This document shows positions 25,151-37,791 of a stretch of 64,000 nt of DNA, in pieces. Every line of letters starts with the position of its first letter. Positions within the stretch are counted from its first letter, which is position 1. The translations under genes were made by a program, and so were the position numbers. Below the pieces are notes generated by a model that saw only the letters and a program-made list of their open reading frames with translations, did no database searches and was not told where the DNA came from. Source of the DNA: Eledone cirrhosa (taxonomy: Eukaryota); the NCBI GenBank assembly GCA_964016885.1, contig OZ024742.1, positions 239,072,001 to 239,136,000 of the forward strand. The letters run 5' to 3'.

Positions 25151-26035
25151 GAAACCAGTCCATGTTTCCTTTTTGTTTTTGTTCTTTATTTTTTAAAGTC
25201 ATTCATTCCTTGTTTGTACCTAAATTTTATTTTATCAATTACTTTGAACTTGACTATAATTTAAAATGGAAACACTGAATTATAACCTATTGCTTGTGCT
25301 GGTCTGTGTAATAACGATGATAATATTTATTTATTTTAGCATAGGACCAGCAATTTTGGGGGAAGGAAACTCAATAATAATATTAATTGTTTTTCCTTTG
25401 GGCACAAGGCCAGCAATTATCCCAGTGTATTACTGGTACTTCATTTTATCGACCCCGTAAGGATGAAAGGCAAAGTTAACCTCGGCGGGATTTGAACTCA
25501 CATCATAAAGGGACGTAACTTTATGCTTCAAAGCATTGTGTTCGACTCTATCGATACTGCCAATCAACCTAATAATGATTTCTGATTTAGGCACAAGGCC
25601 AACAATTTTTGGGGAGGGTAAAGTCGATTAAATTGACCCGAGTGCATTACTGGTACTTTATTTTATCAGCCCTGTAAGCTGATCTCAGCGGAATTTGTAT
25701 AAACAGAACATAAAGGGTTGAAATTATATGCCATAAAGCATGTTGTCCGATGCTCTAAATATTTTACTGGTCCAAATAATAATAACTCAGCTTTTTCTGT
25801 TTATTGCTTTGTCTGTAGCCTTTTGTAATTTTCAATACATTTAAAGCAAATAAAAAAAACCATCATCATACCTGTCATAAAATGGTTTAATCCTCTTTAC
25901 AGCCTGCATTCACAGAATACTTAAATTGAAAGGAAGAAGAGAGAGATACTGTAGCAAATTTTAATCTCTACAGTAATCTATTTAGGTTAATAGCATTGTA
26001 TGTGTACATGTTAGCTTAACTTACCTGGAAGGAAT

Positions 26036-26973
26036 TATATATATATGCGTGTATGTGTATGTATATATATATGTGTATGTATATATATATATATGTGTAT
26101 GTATATATATATATGTGTATGTATATATATATATGTGTATGTATATATATATATGTGTATGTATATGTATATATGTGTATGTGTATGTATATATGTGTAT
26201 GTATATGTATATATGTGTATGTATATGTATATATGTGTATGTATATGTATATATGTGTATGTATATATATATATATGTATATATATGTATATATATATGT
26301 ATGTGTATATATATATATATGTATGTGTATATATATATATATGTATGTGTATATATATATATATCATCATCATCATCATCATCATCAACGTTTAACGTCC
26401 GTGTTCCACGCTTGCATGGGTTTGGACGGGGGTAGTCCCACTTGAGGCAAGAGTGATTGTCTTGCTCGCATAGGACTGTCTGGCAGGTTTTCTACAGTTG
26501 GATGCCCTTCCTAACACCAACCACATTTACAGTGTGGGTCTGGGAGGTTTTTACCGTGTTGCCTACACGGCCACATTACAGCGTGGACTGTGTGTTTTTT
26601 TGTCGTGACACCTACACGATCTCATTTGTTTCGGCCTCGTATGTGTATATATATATGTATGTATATATATATATGTGTATATATATATATATGTTTATGT
26701 ATATATATATATATGTATGTGTATATATATGTGTATATATATATATATGTGTTTGTATGTGTATATATATGTGTGTGTATATATATGTGTATATATATGT
26801 GTGTATATATATATATGTGTGTATATAAGTATGTGTATATATATATATGTATGTGTATATATATATATATGTGTGTATATATATATATATGTGTGTATAT
26901 ATATATATATGTGTGTGTATATATATGTATATATATATATGTATATATGTATATATGTGTATGTATATGTATG

Positions 26974-27005
<32 letters not shown>

Positions 27006-27095
27006 TATATGTGTATATGTATGTATATATATATGTATATGTATGTATATATATGTATATGTATGTATGTGTATATATATGTGTATATATATATG

Positions 27096-27164
<69 letters not shown>

Positions 27165-27295
27165 ATGTATATATATGTATGTATATATATATATATATAT
27201 ATGTGTATGTATATATATGTATGTATATATATATGTATGTATATATATATATATATATATATGTGTATGTATGTATATATGTATGTATATATTTA
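26036..27295. repeat. Compound (TA)n/(TG)n micro- and minisatellite split by an RTE 3' end
   Basis: Continuous TA/TG low-complexity sequence at 26036-26362 and 26640-27295. Confidence 0.95.
26363..26637 (-). mobile_element. RTE 3' UTR and tail carrying ONE copy of the 112-bp satellite unit
   Basis: The reverse complement matches 40413-40566 joined to 45614-45730 almost base for base. (ATC)n tail. Confidence 0.92.
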
Positions 27296-27905
27296 TGTCA
27301 GGTCACCAGTTGGTGCTACTGGTAACATGTATCCCAGTACAACCTGTCCCATGGTCGGGTCGTTGGCGACTAAACTGGCAACCCCACCAAGGTTTCTTGG
27401 TGAGGAGGGTGACTTTGGACATCCTGCAGGACTAAAAACAAAACCTGTCAAAGGGCAAAGGAGCTCTTAAGAGTCAATGGCCATCCAAAATCACCGGGAG
27501 AGATGACCCCTTAGCCTTTGTCAAGGCAGAATTCTAGGAGAAGGAAAACTCTGATATAACACCTGCAACCCTGATGGTATCCAATGATGTTGACTTGTTC
27601 TTCTTTTTGGTAAATATCATCTTGGTTAAGAGAGTGGGACTGGCTTTGTGCAGTGCCTTTGCTCACTATAAAAGCTTCACGGCACAGGCATTGCTTTATA
27701 TCTGGAGATCTCTCTGCACTTGTCGTCACATGGTACCATGGGCCCTGCACTATGTGTCAGTAATTGTCACAAGTGTAGTGTTTGTACCAGAGTTTTCAAG
27801 TCGCTGGCTGGACTAAAAAGTCACACTCGTTCAGCGCATCGGTAGGGGTTCTCCTACATGGATATAAAGTAGTGGCCGTACTCGAAAACGAGTTGGCAGC
27901 CACCA
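27296..27905 (+). mobile_element. Bipartite non-autonomous LINE derivative (RTE-type 5' UTR plus 3' end with C2H2 finger); second partial copy at 27927-28134
   Basis: 208-bp direct repeat (27296-27503 vs 27927-28134, 4 mismatches). CTAGGAGAAGGAAAACTCTGA motif. CSVCTRVFKSLAGLKSHTRSAH* at 27774-27845. CTCG-AAAA-CGAG hairpin before (TA)n. Confidence 0.7.
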
Positions 27906-28134
27906 TATATATATGTATGTATATTGTGTCAGGTCACTAGTTGGTGCTACTGGTAACATGTATTCCAGTACAACCTGTCCCATGGTCGGGTCGTTGGCGA
28001 CTAAACTGGCAACCCCACCAAGGTTTCTTGGTGAGGAGGGTGACTTTGGACATCCTGCAGGACTAAAAACAAAACCTGTCAAAGGGCAAAGGAGCTCTTC
28101 AGAGTCAATGACCATCCAAAATCACCGGGAGAGA

Positions 28135-29575
28135 AGGTCAATGAAGCTTATGCACCGGTTTAAATTAGTATAAAGCTGCAATTTCAACATAGGCTTAAAC
28201 GCCGAGAAATGTAAAGGCATAAACGTCGGGCCCTGCACGGTTATATGATTATACATCCACAGTATTCAAATGATACAATCATCGATTCTGCAGAGATACT
28301 CAAAATTTATTCCGTTAGTGTGGAGGAATACGATGAGGTAATCAAGTCTGAACATATGTAGTGCAACACCCGTGAGGGATGACGGGGGCTGGATAATAGT
28401 ATTGTTCACAGATGTTTAAATTTTAGCCCACCGTTTTAAGACATGCCAAGGCGCGGTGTAAAAGGCCCTGGTGCTATGGTGTTTAAGTATTATCCGGGGT
28501 CCATCTATAGAACGACTGTTGTAGTCTATGGCCGCAATTGATGACGGTTTCAGCTCAACTGTTGATGAGATCAGGGGTTGCTTGCACTATATAGTATAGC
28601 TCCATAAGACAGAGCTGGCAGTTTTTCTTGAAGTTGTAGGGTGTTGCCTGGTTGACAATTTCCCAATAAGTGGAGAAGCTAATGCTAGCGTCATTTAAGT
28701 GGGTGATGTAATTGGCAAGGGATGTAGAGTATCTTAGCTTGCTATTCCTAAAAGAGTGGAGATGCACTCGAAATCTAGTCTTGAACGATCCAGAAGTGGC
28801 TCCTATGTAATATTTGACACTATATTGGCTAGTAACAGTACATCTATATATAACATTTTTAGTTAGGCATTGGCCCCAGAGCAGACAGTTAGCAGGGTTA
28901 CAACAGTTGCAGTGCTTACTACAGTCACCTCCAAAGTGGCGGTTGTTAGTACCCACCGCAATAATATTATTATTATTGTTATTATCAGCACAACGGCTAC
29001 TATTATTGTCGTTAGTATTAACATAGTTAAGGATGCCCAGGGTAGTACTATGCGTATGTTGTATGTTACAGCACCTTCTACTTTAGTTGTTCGCACTATT
29101 AAGGTCCCTACTGCAGCCATCAGCCGTACTACTATAGCGGCGATCATGCCGGTCATGGTTACCACCAACATTGCCGGATGCGGCCAGGGAATCACTAAGG
29201 TTATCTGACCTGCCGTAATCCCTAAGATTGTCATTGCTAGGATGCTGTGTGTTAGTGAGCTTGTAGTTACTTATCGCTATGAGGTCAGCTAGATTGGGTG
29301 TAGTGGAGAAGGATATTTTTACGTTATTCTTATTGAGGATTTTTCTCTATTTATGGTTAGGTGGAAGTTTTTTGTTAAGGCCTCGAAGAAGATTCTAGGT
29401 TAGTTGGAGGCCACTCTCCGATAGTAAGGAGGATGGAACCACAGGACATTACGTTGGCGGTTACGTGTAGCTGTGGGTTTACTATGGACAGTGCTGTCAG
29501 GGTGACCATTCTTATCGTTGCTAATGTGTTGCTGCCTAATGTGCATTTTGTTTGCATTATGCCCAGGTGCATGTA
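28135..29575 (-). mobile_element. Penelope-like retroelement, 5'-truncated (linker plus GIY-YIG endonuclease)
   Basis: RNRQRNVLWFHPPY; CNC..C...GQCLTKNVIYRC..YYIGAT..FKTRF..H..SF..W.I..CQLCLME. Confidence 0.85.
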
Positions 29576-29583
29576 TATATGTG

Positions 29584-29627
<44 letters not shown>

Positions 29628-29631
<4 letters not shown>

Positions 29632-32303
29632 GGCAGGAGACTACTGACAATCATCTCTGCCTATGTTCCCCAAGCAGGCCTAGGCAAGGATGAGAAAGAC
29701 TGCTTTTACGAGCAACTTTTACAAACAACCACAATGACAGAGGACGGAGACATCGTTATGTTAGCAGGGGACTTCAATGGTCATGTTGGACAGCTCCAGG
29801 ATGGTTACACTGGGCTACATGGTGGGCACAGTTAGGGCTCAAGAAATGAAGATGGAGTGAGATTTCTTGAATTTTGTGATGCAAGTACACTGACTATTTG
29901 CAACACAAACTTCCAGAAACCTGCCAACCACCTAATAACCTTCAAATCTGGCGAGCACATAAGCCAGATTGACTTCTTACTAGTTAGGCAGCGGGACAGG
30001 CAGATAGTGTCTAATACCAAGGCATACCCTGGGGAAGAATGTACCCCACAGCATAGGTTAGTCGTTAGTGATATCTCAGTAAGCAAGAGATGGAATGAGA
30101 CATACAGGAAGGTGTGGAGAAGAAAGGTCTGGAAGCTAAAAGACCTTTCACTAAAATACAAATTTAGGAAAGCCCTTCAAGATGTGTATGACAAAAAAGA
30201 AGACGATTTAGAGATGTATGACATAGATAATAACTGGAATTTCTTACATGACAACTTACTGCAGGCTACTGATGAAACTTGTGGCTGGAGCAGAGCTCCA
30301 ACGAGACAGAGAGTGACCTGGTGGTGGAACAGCACAGTAGATAAGGCCATTAGAGACAAAAGACTGGCATGGAAGGCTTGGAAAAAGGGTGGGAGTAGGG
30401 AAGAATATACAGCCGCTAAGAGAGAAGTTAGACGTCAGGTGTACTTAGCACGCAGGTTTGCCAATGTTCTGTGGTGGGAAGATCAGAGGTGTGCGGTGTT
30501 CCACATTGCAAGGCAGTGTGTCAATGCAAATCAGGATGTTGTTGGAGATAAATGTGTCTGGAACGATGCCGGTGTACTTAGTGTCACAAATGATCAGAAA
30601 AAGGAGGCCTGGAAATGTCATTATGAGAGACTGATGAATGTGGAGAAGGAATGGGAGAGAGAGAAATTACCCTCAGTAGATCCGACAGAGGGACCAGCTT
30701 TTGAGATTGACGAATATAGGGTCCAAGAGGCGATTAAGAAAATGAAAAATGGTAAGGTTGCTGGACCATCGGGAATAGTTGCTGAGATGCTGAAGGCATC
30801 AGGGCACATAGGCACTAAGCTGGTTGCACGCATCATTAATCAGGCTATATATGGTGGTGTCATACCCAAAGACTGGTGCAGCAGTATTCTCATAAATTGC
30901 TACAAAGGTAAAGGGGATGCTCTGGAGAGGAGCAATTATAGGGGTATAAAACTGATGGATCAGGTTATGACAGTGGCAGAAAGGATATTAGCACAACTAA
31001 TTAGAGAAGGGGTCAAACTAGATGAGATGCAGTTTGGTTTTGTGCCTGGCAAGAGTACAACAGATGCCCTCTTCTTGGTGAGATAATTGCAAGAGAGGTT
31101 CTTAGAGAAAAATAAGCCAATATCCTTAGCCTTTGTTGACCTAGAGAAGGCCTTTGATAGGGTACCCCGATCTGTCATCTGGTGGTCCCTAAGGAAACTA
31201 GGGGTTGAGGAATGGCTTGTGAGGACAGTACAAACTTTGTACAGAGGTACTGTCAGTAAAGTCAGGCTAGGAATGGAGTTTAGTGAGGAATTACAGATAC
31301 AAGTAGGAGTACATCAAGGTTGCTCATGGGAACTTCTCTATGCTGATGATCTGGTTATTATAGCAGAATCAGTAGAGGAGCTAGAGAATAAATTCTGGCT
31401 ATGGAAACAGCAGTTGGAAGCAAGAAGACTGAGAGTGAATCTAGCTAAGACAAAAGTGTTGAAGAGTAGAAAAGAGGACATGGCCATGTTCGATATGCAG
31501 AAAAGGAACTGGCATAAATTCTATAAAATGCACACAATGCAGATCATGGGTACACAAGAGATGTAGTGGGATAGCAGGCAAACTAACAGGTAGGGAGAAA
31601 TATGTATGCAGTAGATGTACAGGAAAATTAGACAGTAGAAGTCGCATTGATAGACACATTTTTCAAATGCAGGCGGGTGCTATAGAAGTGGTGGATAGCT
31701 TCCGGTACCAAGATCAGATTAGCATGGGAGGGGTGTTCCGAGGCCATAGTATCTAGAATAAGGACGGGTTGGAAGAAGTTTAGGGAGCTGCATCCTCTGT
31801 TGACGAAGAAGGGTTTCTCTCTGCGTACGAAAGGCCGGTTATATGATGCCTGTGTGAGGAGCGCGATATTGCATGGTAGTGAGACATGGGCAGCAACTGC
31901 AGAGGATATACGACGGCTGGAGAGAAATGAGGCAAGCATGCTCCGTTGGATGTGCAGTGTCAATGTGCGTGAACGACCCATCATGAATGTGTTGAGAGAG
32001 AAACTGTGTCTGAGAGGGATAGAATGCAGTGTACAGGAGAGGAGACTGAGGTGGTATGGACATGCGATGTGCATGGAGGATGACCGATTGGTAAAGAAGT
32101 GCCAGGAAATGCCAGTTGAAGGAAGACGTAGAGGTAGACCACAAAAAACATGGGCGGAGGTGGTGAGAACAGAGTTCAGATCGCTGAAGCTCACGGTGGA
32201 GATGACGAAGGACCGTGACAAGTGGAGAGATGCTGTGCTGAATAAGACCCGTCCCACCCTTGCAAGCAGAGAAGAGCGGACGTAAAATGAGGATGATGAT
32301 GAT
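29628..32303 (+). mobile_element. RTE LINE, short-tail family, 5'-truncated with stops and deletions
   Basis: APE (IISAYVPQ, AGDFNGHVG, QIDF, QHRLVV) and RT (MQFGF, AFVDLEKAFD, YADD) motifs. The ORF ends KTRPTLASREERT* directly before (GAT)n. Confidence 0.95.
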
Positions 32304-32361
32304 ATATATATGTGTGTGGGTGTGTATATATATATGTATATGTGTGTATATATAGTTATGT

Positions 32362-32748
32362 GGTGAAGGCACATGGCTTAGTGGTTAGAACATTGGGCTT
32401 GCAATCGAAAGGTAGTGAGTTCAATTCTCGGACCGGGTGATGTGTTGTTTCCTTAACCAAGACACTTTATTTCACATTGCTCCAGTTTACTCAGCTGTAG
32501 AAATGAGATGATAGGACTAGGGTTCCTATCATTCCACTGCAACGTGGTCGTGGAGGTGCCACGGCAAAAAAGCACCCAGCCCACACTGTAAAGTGGACGT
32601 GTAGATGCCACGGAAAAAAAGCATCCAGCACTCACTGTAAATGAGGTTGGTGTTAGGAAGGGCATGCAGCTGTAGAAATCAAGCCAGAAGCAGTTCCCGT
32701 GCCACCCTTGCAAGCAGGGAAAAGCGGACGTAAAATGATGATGATGAT
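32362..32748 (+). repeat. Full-length tRNA-derived SINE with RTE-type 3' module; head-only copy at 61763-61910 has a duplicated A-box
   Basis: A-box TGGCTTAGTGG, B-box GAGTTCAATTC, CAAGACACTTTATTTCAC core, ~48-bp subrepeats, AGGAAGGGCAT and tail CCCTTGCAAGCAGGGAAAAGCGGACGTAAAATGATGATG. Confidence 0.85.
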
Positions 32749-32907
32749 ATATATACACTATATATATATATATATATACATACACTATATATACATATGC
32801 ACTATATATATATATATATACACTATATATACATATGCACTATATATATATACACTATATATACATATGCACTATATATATATATACATACACTATATAT
32901 ACATATG

Positions 32908-32948
<41 letters not shown>

Positions 32949-32982
32949 CACTATATATACATACATACATATACACTATATA

Positions 32983-33839
32983 TCTATATATTAATTTCAA
33001 CAATGTCAGTATTCCGTGTGTCAATTCTCGATTATCATTGGTTCATAGGTTTCAAACGCCTCTGCCCACCTCCACGACGCCAAACTTAAATTAATATGCA
33101 TAATGCCAATGAGGGAGTGAGAGAGGAGAGTAAGAAACAGAGAGGCAAAGTGAACGCTGTAACTATTACCATGTGTGCGTGTGTATGTACGTGTGCGTAT
33201 GTTTATGTGTGTGTGTGTGTGTGTGTGCGTGCAGCGTTCCACAGAAAGTAAAAGCAATTCGACTTTATCAAACAATGAACTACAGCGGCGACGGCGTGCA
33301 GCCAGGAATGAAGAAAAACGGGCCGAACAGCGCCATCGGAATGCCGAACTTCAGAGGCGAAGACGTGCCGCCATGAATGAAGAGGAGCCGGCTGAACAAC
33401 GCCAACCAAACACTGGAGCCAAGCAGCAACGACGTGCTGTGATGGTTGAAGACGAACTGGCTGAGCATCATCTTTTATATTAATTATCTATATCTACATA
33501 TAATATAAAAGATTGGAACTTCCATCATCCTTTTGAGAAACGTGGAACAACCATGTCTATGCAATGATACACGTTTTACAGTCAAGCAGAAGATAGACCA
33601 TCTGCTAGAGGTCACTATTCTAGTTGGGAGCACCTAGAATTGTTCATATACTATGCACAAACGGTACAACGAAGATTCTGGTATATCTGGAAGATTTTTT
33701 TTACTGTTTTTTGTATCACACAGACACCACGGACTCACCTCAAACTGTAACTAGACAAACATCCAATACAGTCATTTTCTCTTTTACCTGTCTTCTCTTA
33801 TCATCTGTTTACCTGGGCAAAGCTGGGTACGTCAGCTAG
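32983..33839 (+). mobile_element. Internally deleted/chimeric Helitron
   Basis: A|TC 5' end. 3' hairpin CCTGGGCAAAGCTGGG then CTAG|T. Repeat-rich N-terminal piece ELQRRRRAA..EEKRAEQR. PIF1 helicase piece KIGTSIILLRN..LCNDTRF..LLEVTIL at ~33509-33631. Confidence 0.85.
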
Positions 33840-33894
33840 TATATATATATATATATACACACACCCATATTAGTTATTATTTTGATGTCTCTAA

Positions 33895-35832
33895 TAAGTT
33901 AGTTATTAGTGACATTAAAATAAACAGAACAAGATATGCAGGGAAATATGAAGACGGAGGGTGTGGAAGCTAAAGGACCTTTCAGTTAAACATAGTTTAG
34001 AAAGGCCCAAGAGGATGCACTTGATGATGAGTTAGATCCATACACCATTGAAGACAACTGGGAATTCTTACACAAGAACCTTTTGCGAACTTGGCAAGAT
34101 TTACGGCTAGAGTAAAGTGCTAACCAGACAGAGGGTGACCTCGTGGTGGAATAACGCAGTAGGTACAGCCATTAAAGCCAAAAGACATGCATGGAAAGAC
34201 TGGAAAAATGGGGGTAGCAGAGACCGGTACCAAGAAGCTAGATGACAGGTATACACAACTCAGAGAGAGGCTGAACAATGTAAATTTGTCAATGTCTTGA
34301 CATGAGGATCGGAGGCGTGAAGAGTTTTATATTGCAAGGCAGTGTGTTAGTGTGAATCAAGATGTTGGGGGAAAATGTGTTAGAAATGACACTAGTGCGC
34401 TTAGCACCACTGATACCCAAAAGAAAAAGGCCTGGAAATGAGAGATTAATGACTGGGAGGAAGAGAAACTACCCTGAACTTACCCAAAGGAAGGACCAGC
34501 TTTTGAAGTTGATAGTTTTGGGGTCAAGCAATCAAGGAGATGAAAAAGGCTGAAAGCATCGGGAGAGGTAGGCGTCCAAATAGTAACCTGTATAGTAAAT
34601 CAAGTAATACAGGACGGTCTCATACTCCATGACTGGCACAGCAGGACAATCATAAATTGCTACAAGGGCAAAGTTGATGCTCTAGAAAGGAGCAGCTATA
34701 GAGGAATAAAACTAATGGACCAAGTTATGAAAGTGACCGAAAGAGTTATAGTGCTGCTAATTAGGGAAAGATTCAAAATAGATGAAATGCAGTTTAGTTT
34801 CATACCTGGGAAAAGTACTACAGATGCACTCTTCTTAGTGACGCAACTACAAAAGAAGTTCCTAGCCAAAAATAAACCGCTATATTTAGTTTTTGTTGCT
34901 CTAAGGAAGGCCTTTGACAATGTACCCCAATCTATTATCTGGTAGTCCTTAAGGAAATTAGGTGTAGAAGAATGGTTTGTGAGAGCAGTGCAAGCTATGT
35001 ACAGAGGAGCTACCAGTAAAGTGAGTTTAGCGAAGAATTCAAGTTACAGGTACGAGTTTGTCAAGGTTCAGTTCTTATCCCACTGTTGTTTATCATAGTT
35101 CTTTGGGCCATAACAGAGGAGTTTAAAACGGACTGCACTTGGCAGCTTCTTTATGCAGATTTGGTCCTTATAGCTGAAACCAAAATAGAGCTAGAAAATA
35201 AATTCCGATCATGGAAACTGAATTTGGAATCAAAAGGCCTGTGAGTAAACTTAACCAAATCTAAGGTGCTAGTGTATAGGAGAGAAGGCAGGACCTAGAT
35301 TCCCTCAGGGAAGAGGCCATAAGGATAGGATGGAAGGAAGAAGTTTAGAGAACTGCTCCCACTGTTGACAACAAAAGGTTTCTCCCTACATACAAAAGGA
35401 AGGCTGTATGATGCCTGTGTGTGAAGTGCGGTGCTGCATGGTAGTGAAACATGGGCAGTGGCTGCAGAGGACAAGCAAAAACTGGAGAGAAATGAAATAA
35501 CCGTGTTTCGTTGGATGTGCAATGTGAGAGAAAGGCAGAGCTCGGGCAAGCTGAGGAGAAGCTGGGCTTACGGGTAATCCGAGACAGTGTGCAAGAGAGA
35601 AGACTGCATTGGTATGGACAATGACCAATGGGTGAAGAAATGCCAGGAAATCCCAGTGGAAAGAAGCCACAATAGATGATGACCAAGAAAGACCTGGTTA
35701 GAGATTGTGAGAGCGAATCTCAAATTGCCAAGTCTGGCAGAGATGACGACAAAGAAACGCAACAAGTGGAGAGATGCTGTGCTGAGTAGGACCCGTCCCA
35801 CTCTTGCAAGGGAAAAGCGGACATAGACACGA
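33895..35832 (+). mobile_element. Degenerate RTE LINE, short-tail family
   Basis: MDQVMKVTERV..DEMQFSFIPGKSTTDALF, LHGSETW and tail CTTGCAAGGGAAAAGCGGAC. Confidence 0.88.
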
Positions 35833-36391
35833 TATATATATATATTTATTTGTGTGTGCGTGTCTGTTTCTTTTCTCGTTCCACTTTTGTAATAATAATG
35901 AACTTTATATTATACTTTCTCTGAGAGCCTGGTATATAAAGAAGTATACTTGTGAAAGATGCCTTACAGTACAGGCTGGATTACTGTTAGTTACAGCTAT
36001 TACAAATGAAAGCTTGCTGAATTTTTATATTCTTTACCTCAGAACAGCATTTTTTTTTTTTTTTTTGTCACATAATGTACTTACATCTGAAAATCAAAGA
36101 AACTATAGGATCTTTTCAAATCTTATTTAAACATATATAAAGCATCAGTAACATTATTTTTATTTTCTTTAAATCTTCCCCCATTCACTTTCTCTCACTT
36201 ACCCTACTTTTTCTTCTCTTCTCTCTCTCTGACTCATCTAAGTGTATGCACTTAAGTACACACACACACATGAGCTGCTTTTTATGTACACTATTTGTGA
36301 AGCACTGCCAATTATACTGATTCCCTAATAAAATCACCTTTCATGTGTATGTGTAATGTATAGTTTTATTTCCATTTCTTTCATTCACTAG

Positions 36392-36502
36392 AAACAAGAT
36401 ATCAATGTCTTAATCCATGGAAGATGTCTTATCCATTATGCTGCCGACTATGGACAAGTGGAGATGATAGACTACTTAGTTTCGAAAGGGGCAGATATTA
36501 AT
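36392..36502 (+). CDS. MTPN: Myotrophin exon 2: KQDINVLIHGRCLIHYAADYGQVEMIDYLVSKGADIN
   Basis: Acceptor TTTCATTCACTAG| and donor |GTAAGT. Ankyrin repeat GR..IHYAAD.GQ....YL..KGADIN. Phase 0/0. Confidence 0.95.
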
Positions 36503-36633
36503 GTAAGTATTTCTGAACTGTTTCCTAACTTTAACTTTCATCATCCACACCTCTCTAATAAACAACCATCTTCATTTACATATACTATGCCAGGGATTAT
36601 GAACATAGTGCATATGCTCACATAATTGTGTTA

Positions 36634-36720
36634 ACATCTGATGATGTCACACCAGTGCCAGTTGCTATTGTAATGCTTGCATAACAGCTCCATGATGGTG
36701 TCACAGAAATATGTATAAAA
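36634..36720 (+). ncRNA. Type-I hammerhead-like motif, stem I decayed
   Basis: CUGAUGA at 36638, stem II UGUCACACCA/UGGUGUCACA (9/10 paired), GAAA-U-AUGU-A-UA. Confidence 0.5.
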
Positions 36721-37791
36721 GAGTATATCAGTTGTGGAGTTGGATGCAAAATTGGGTAATAAATATGAAAGCTTTCTTAATAGAATACTATCTGAGAAGC
36801 CATCATGGTTGTGGAGCACTTTTGTCAAGGGACCAGAAGGACTGGCTGCAATTTTGGAGGCATGAGAGTTATCAGGCTATGAAGGCATATTTTGCTTAAC
36901 TCTTTCTTCCCTGACAGCTGCCACTGCCACCACTGATTACCTCCCTGAACAATGTTAGTATATTTTGATAATTCCCCAAGCCAAATAGTGAAAATCAATA
37001 GTTATTGAACATGCCCATACAAAAATTGCTCTAAGTTTATAAATAAAAAAGATAGAAAAACTGAAATTTTCAGTGAAGTTTCAAAACTAAATTTTTTAAA
37101 GGAATATTACAAAAAAGTTCTTAAACTTACATTTCATTAAATAAAATAAACAATTTAGTATCATAAAATATGAACAAACACATGAAAAAACATGATTTTC
37201 TGTAACTCTCAACATATATATATATCTGGAAGTTTGTTTATATCAGTTGCTGGAAATGTTCAAGATACAGCTTGAAACAACTGATGCAGAGGTTCACTTT
37301 GCACTGGTCACATCCTGATTTTGGTTCCCGTCTAATGTTCGGTTTGGAACACTGTTTACATGTTTTTTTTCTTCCCCAAGTCTACAGGCCAGTGCATGGC
37401 CCTTTGGACAAGGAGAACGTCTTCCAGGATTTCCTTTGAATATGTTTATTAACTTCTGAGAACTGATCACTCCATTCTAAAGTCGGCTTGTCATCATCAC
37501 TTTCATTTCAATTCCTATGCAAATTCATCCTCAATACATCTTCATCAGAGTCAGATTCAGACATTAAATCTATATCTGATAAATTTTCTTCATTTTTCAA
37601 ATATATTTCATAGTCTTTTTCTGTTTCAACTACATAGGTTTCTGTAAAGCCTTCGAAAATATAATCACTTTCACTATCTGACACCATGTTTGTTTTAAAA
37701 TTTTTTCCTTCTAAAAACGTGGTTTTCTTTCTCGCATGTAACTCCCAACTAACTACCATGTTGCTAAGATTATTCATAAAATACTCCATGA

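Noticed and set aside
26035-27470. Long Y/I/V/C/M-rich ORFs (also near 29400, 32700, 47660, 60900, 62750)
   Set aside because: They are translations of (TA)n/(TG)n microsatellites.
27296-28134. LTR pair or TRIM
   Set aside because: No CA end, PBS or PPT. The interior ends like a LINE 3' end followed by (TA)n, and the second repeat is cut by a Penelope element.
28863-29234. Thr/Val/Ile-rich ORFs on both strands
   Set aside because: They are alternative frames of the low-complexity linker inside the Penelope element.
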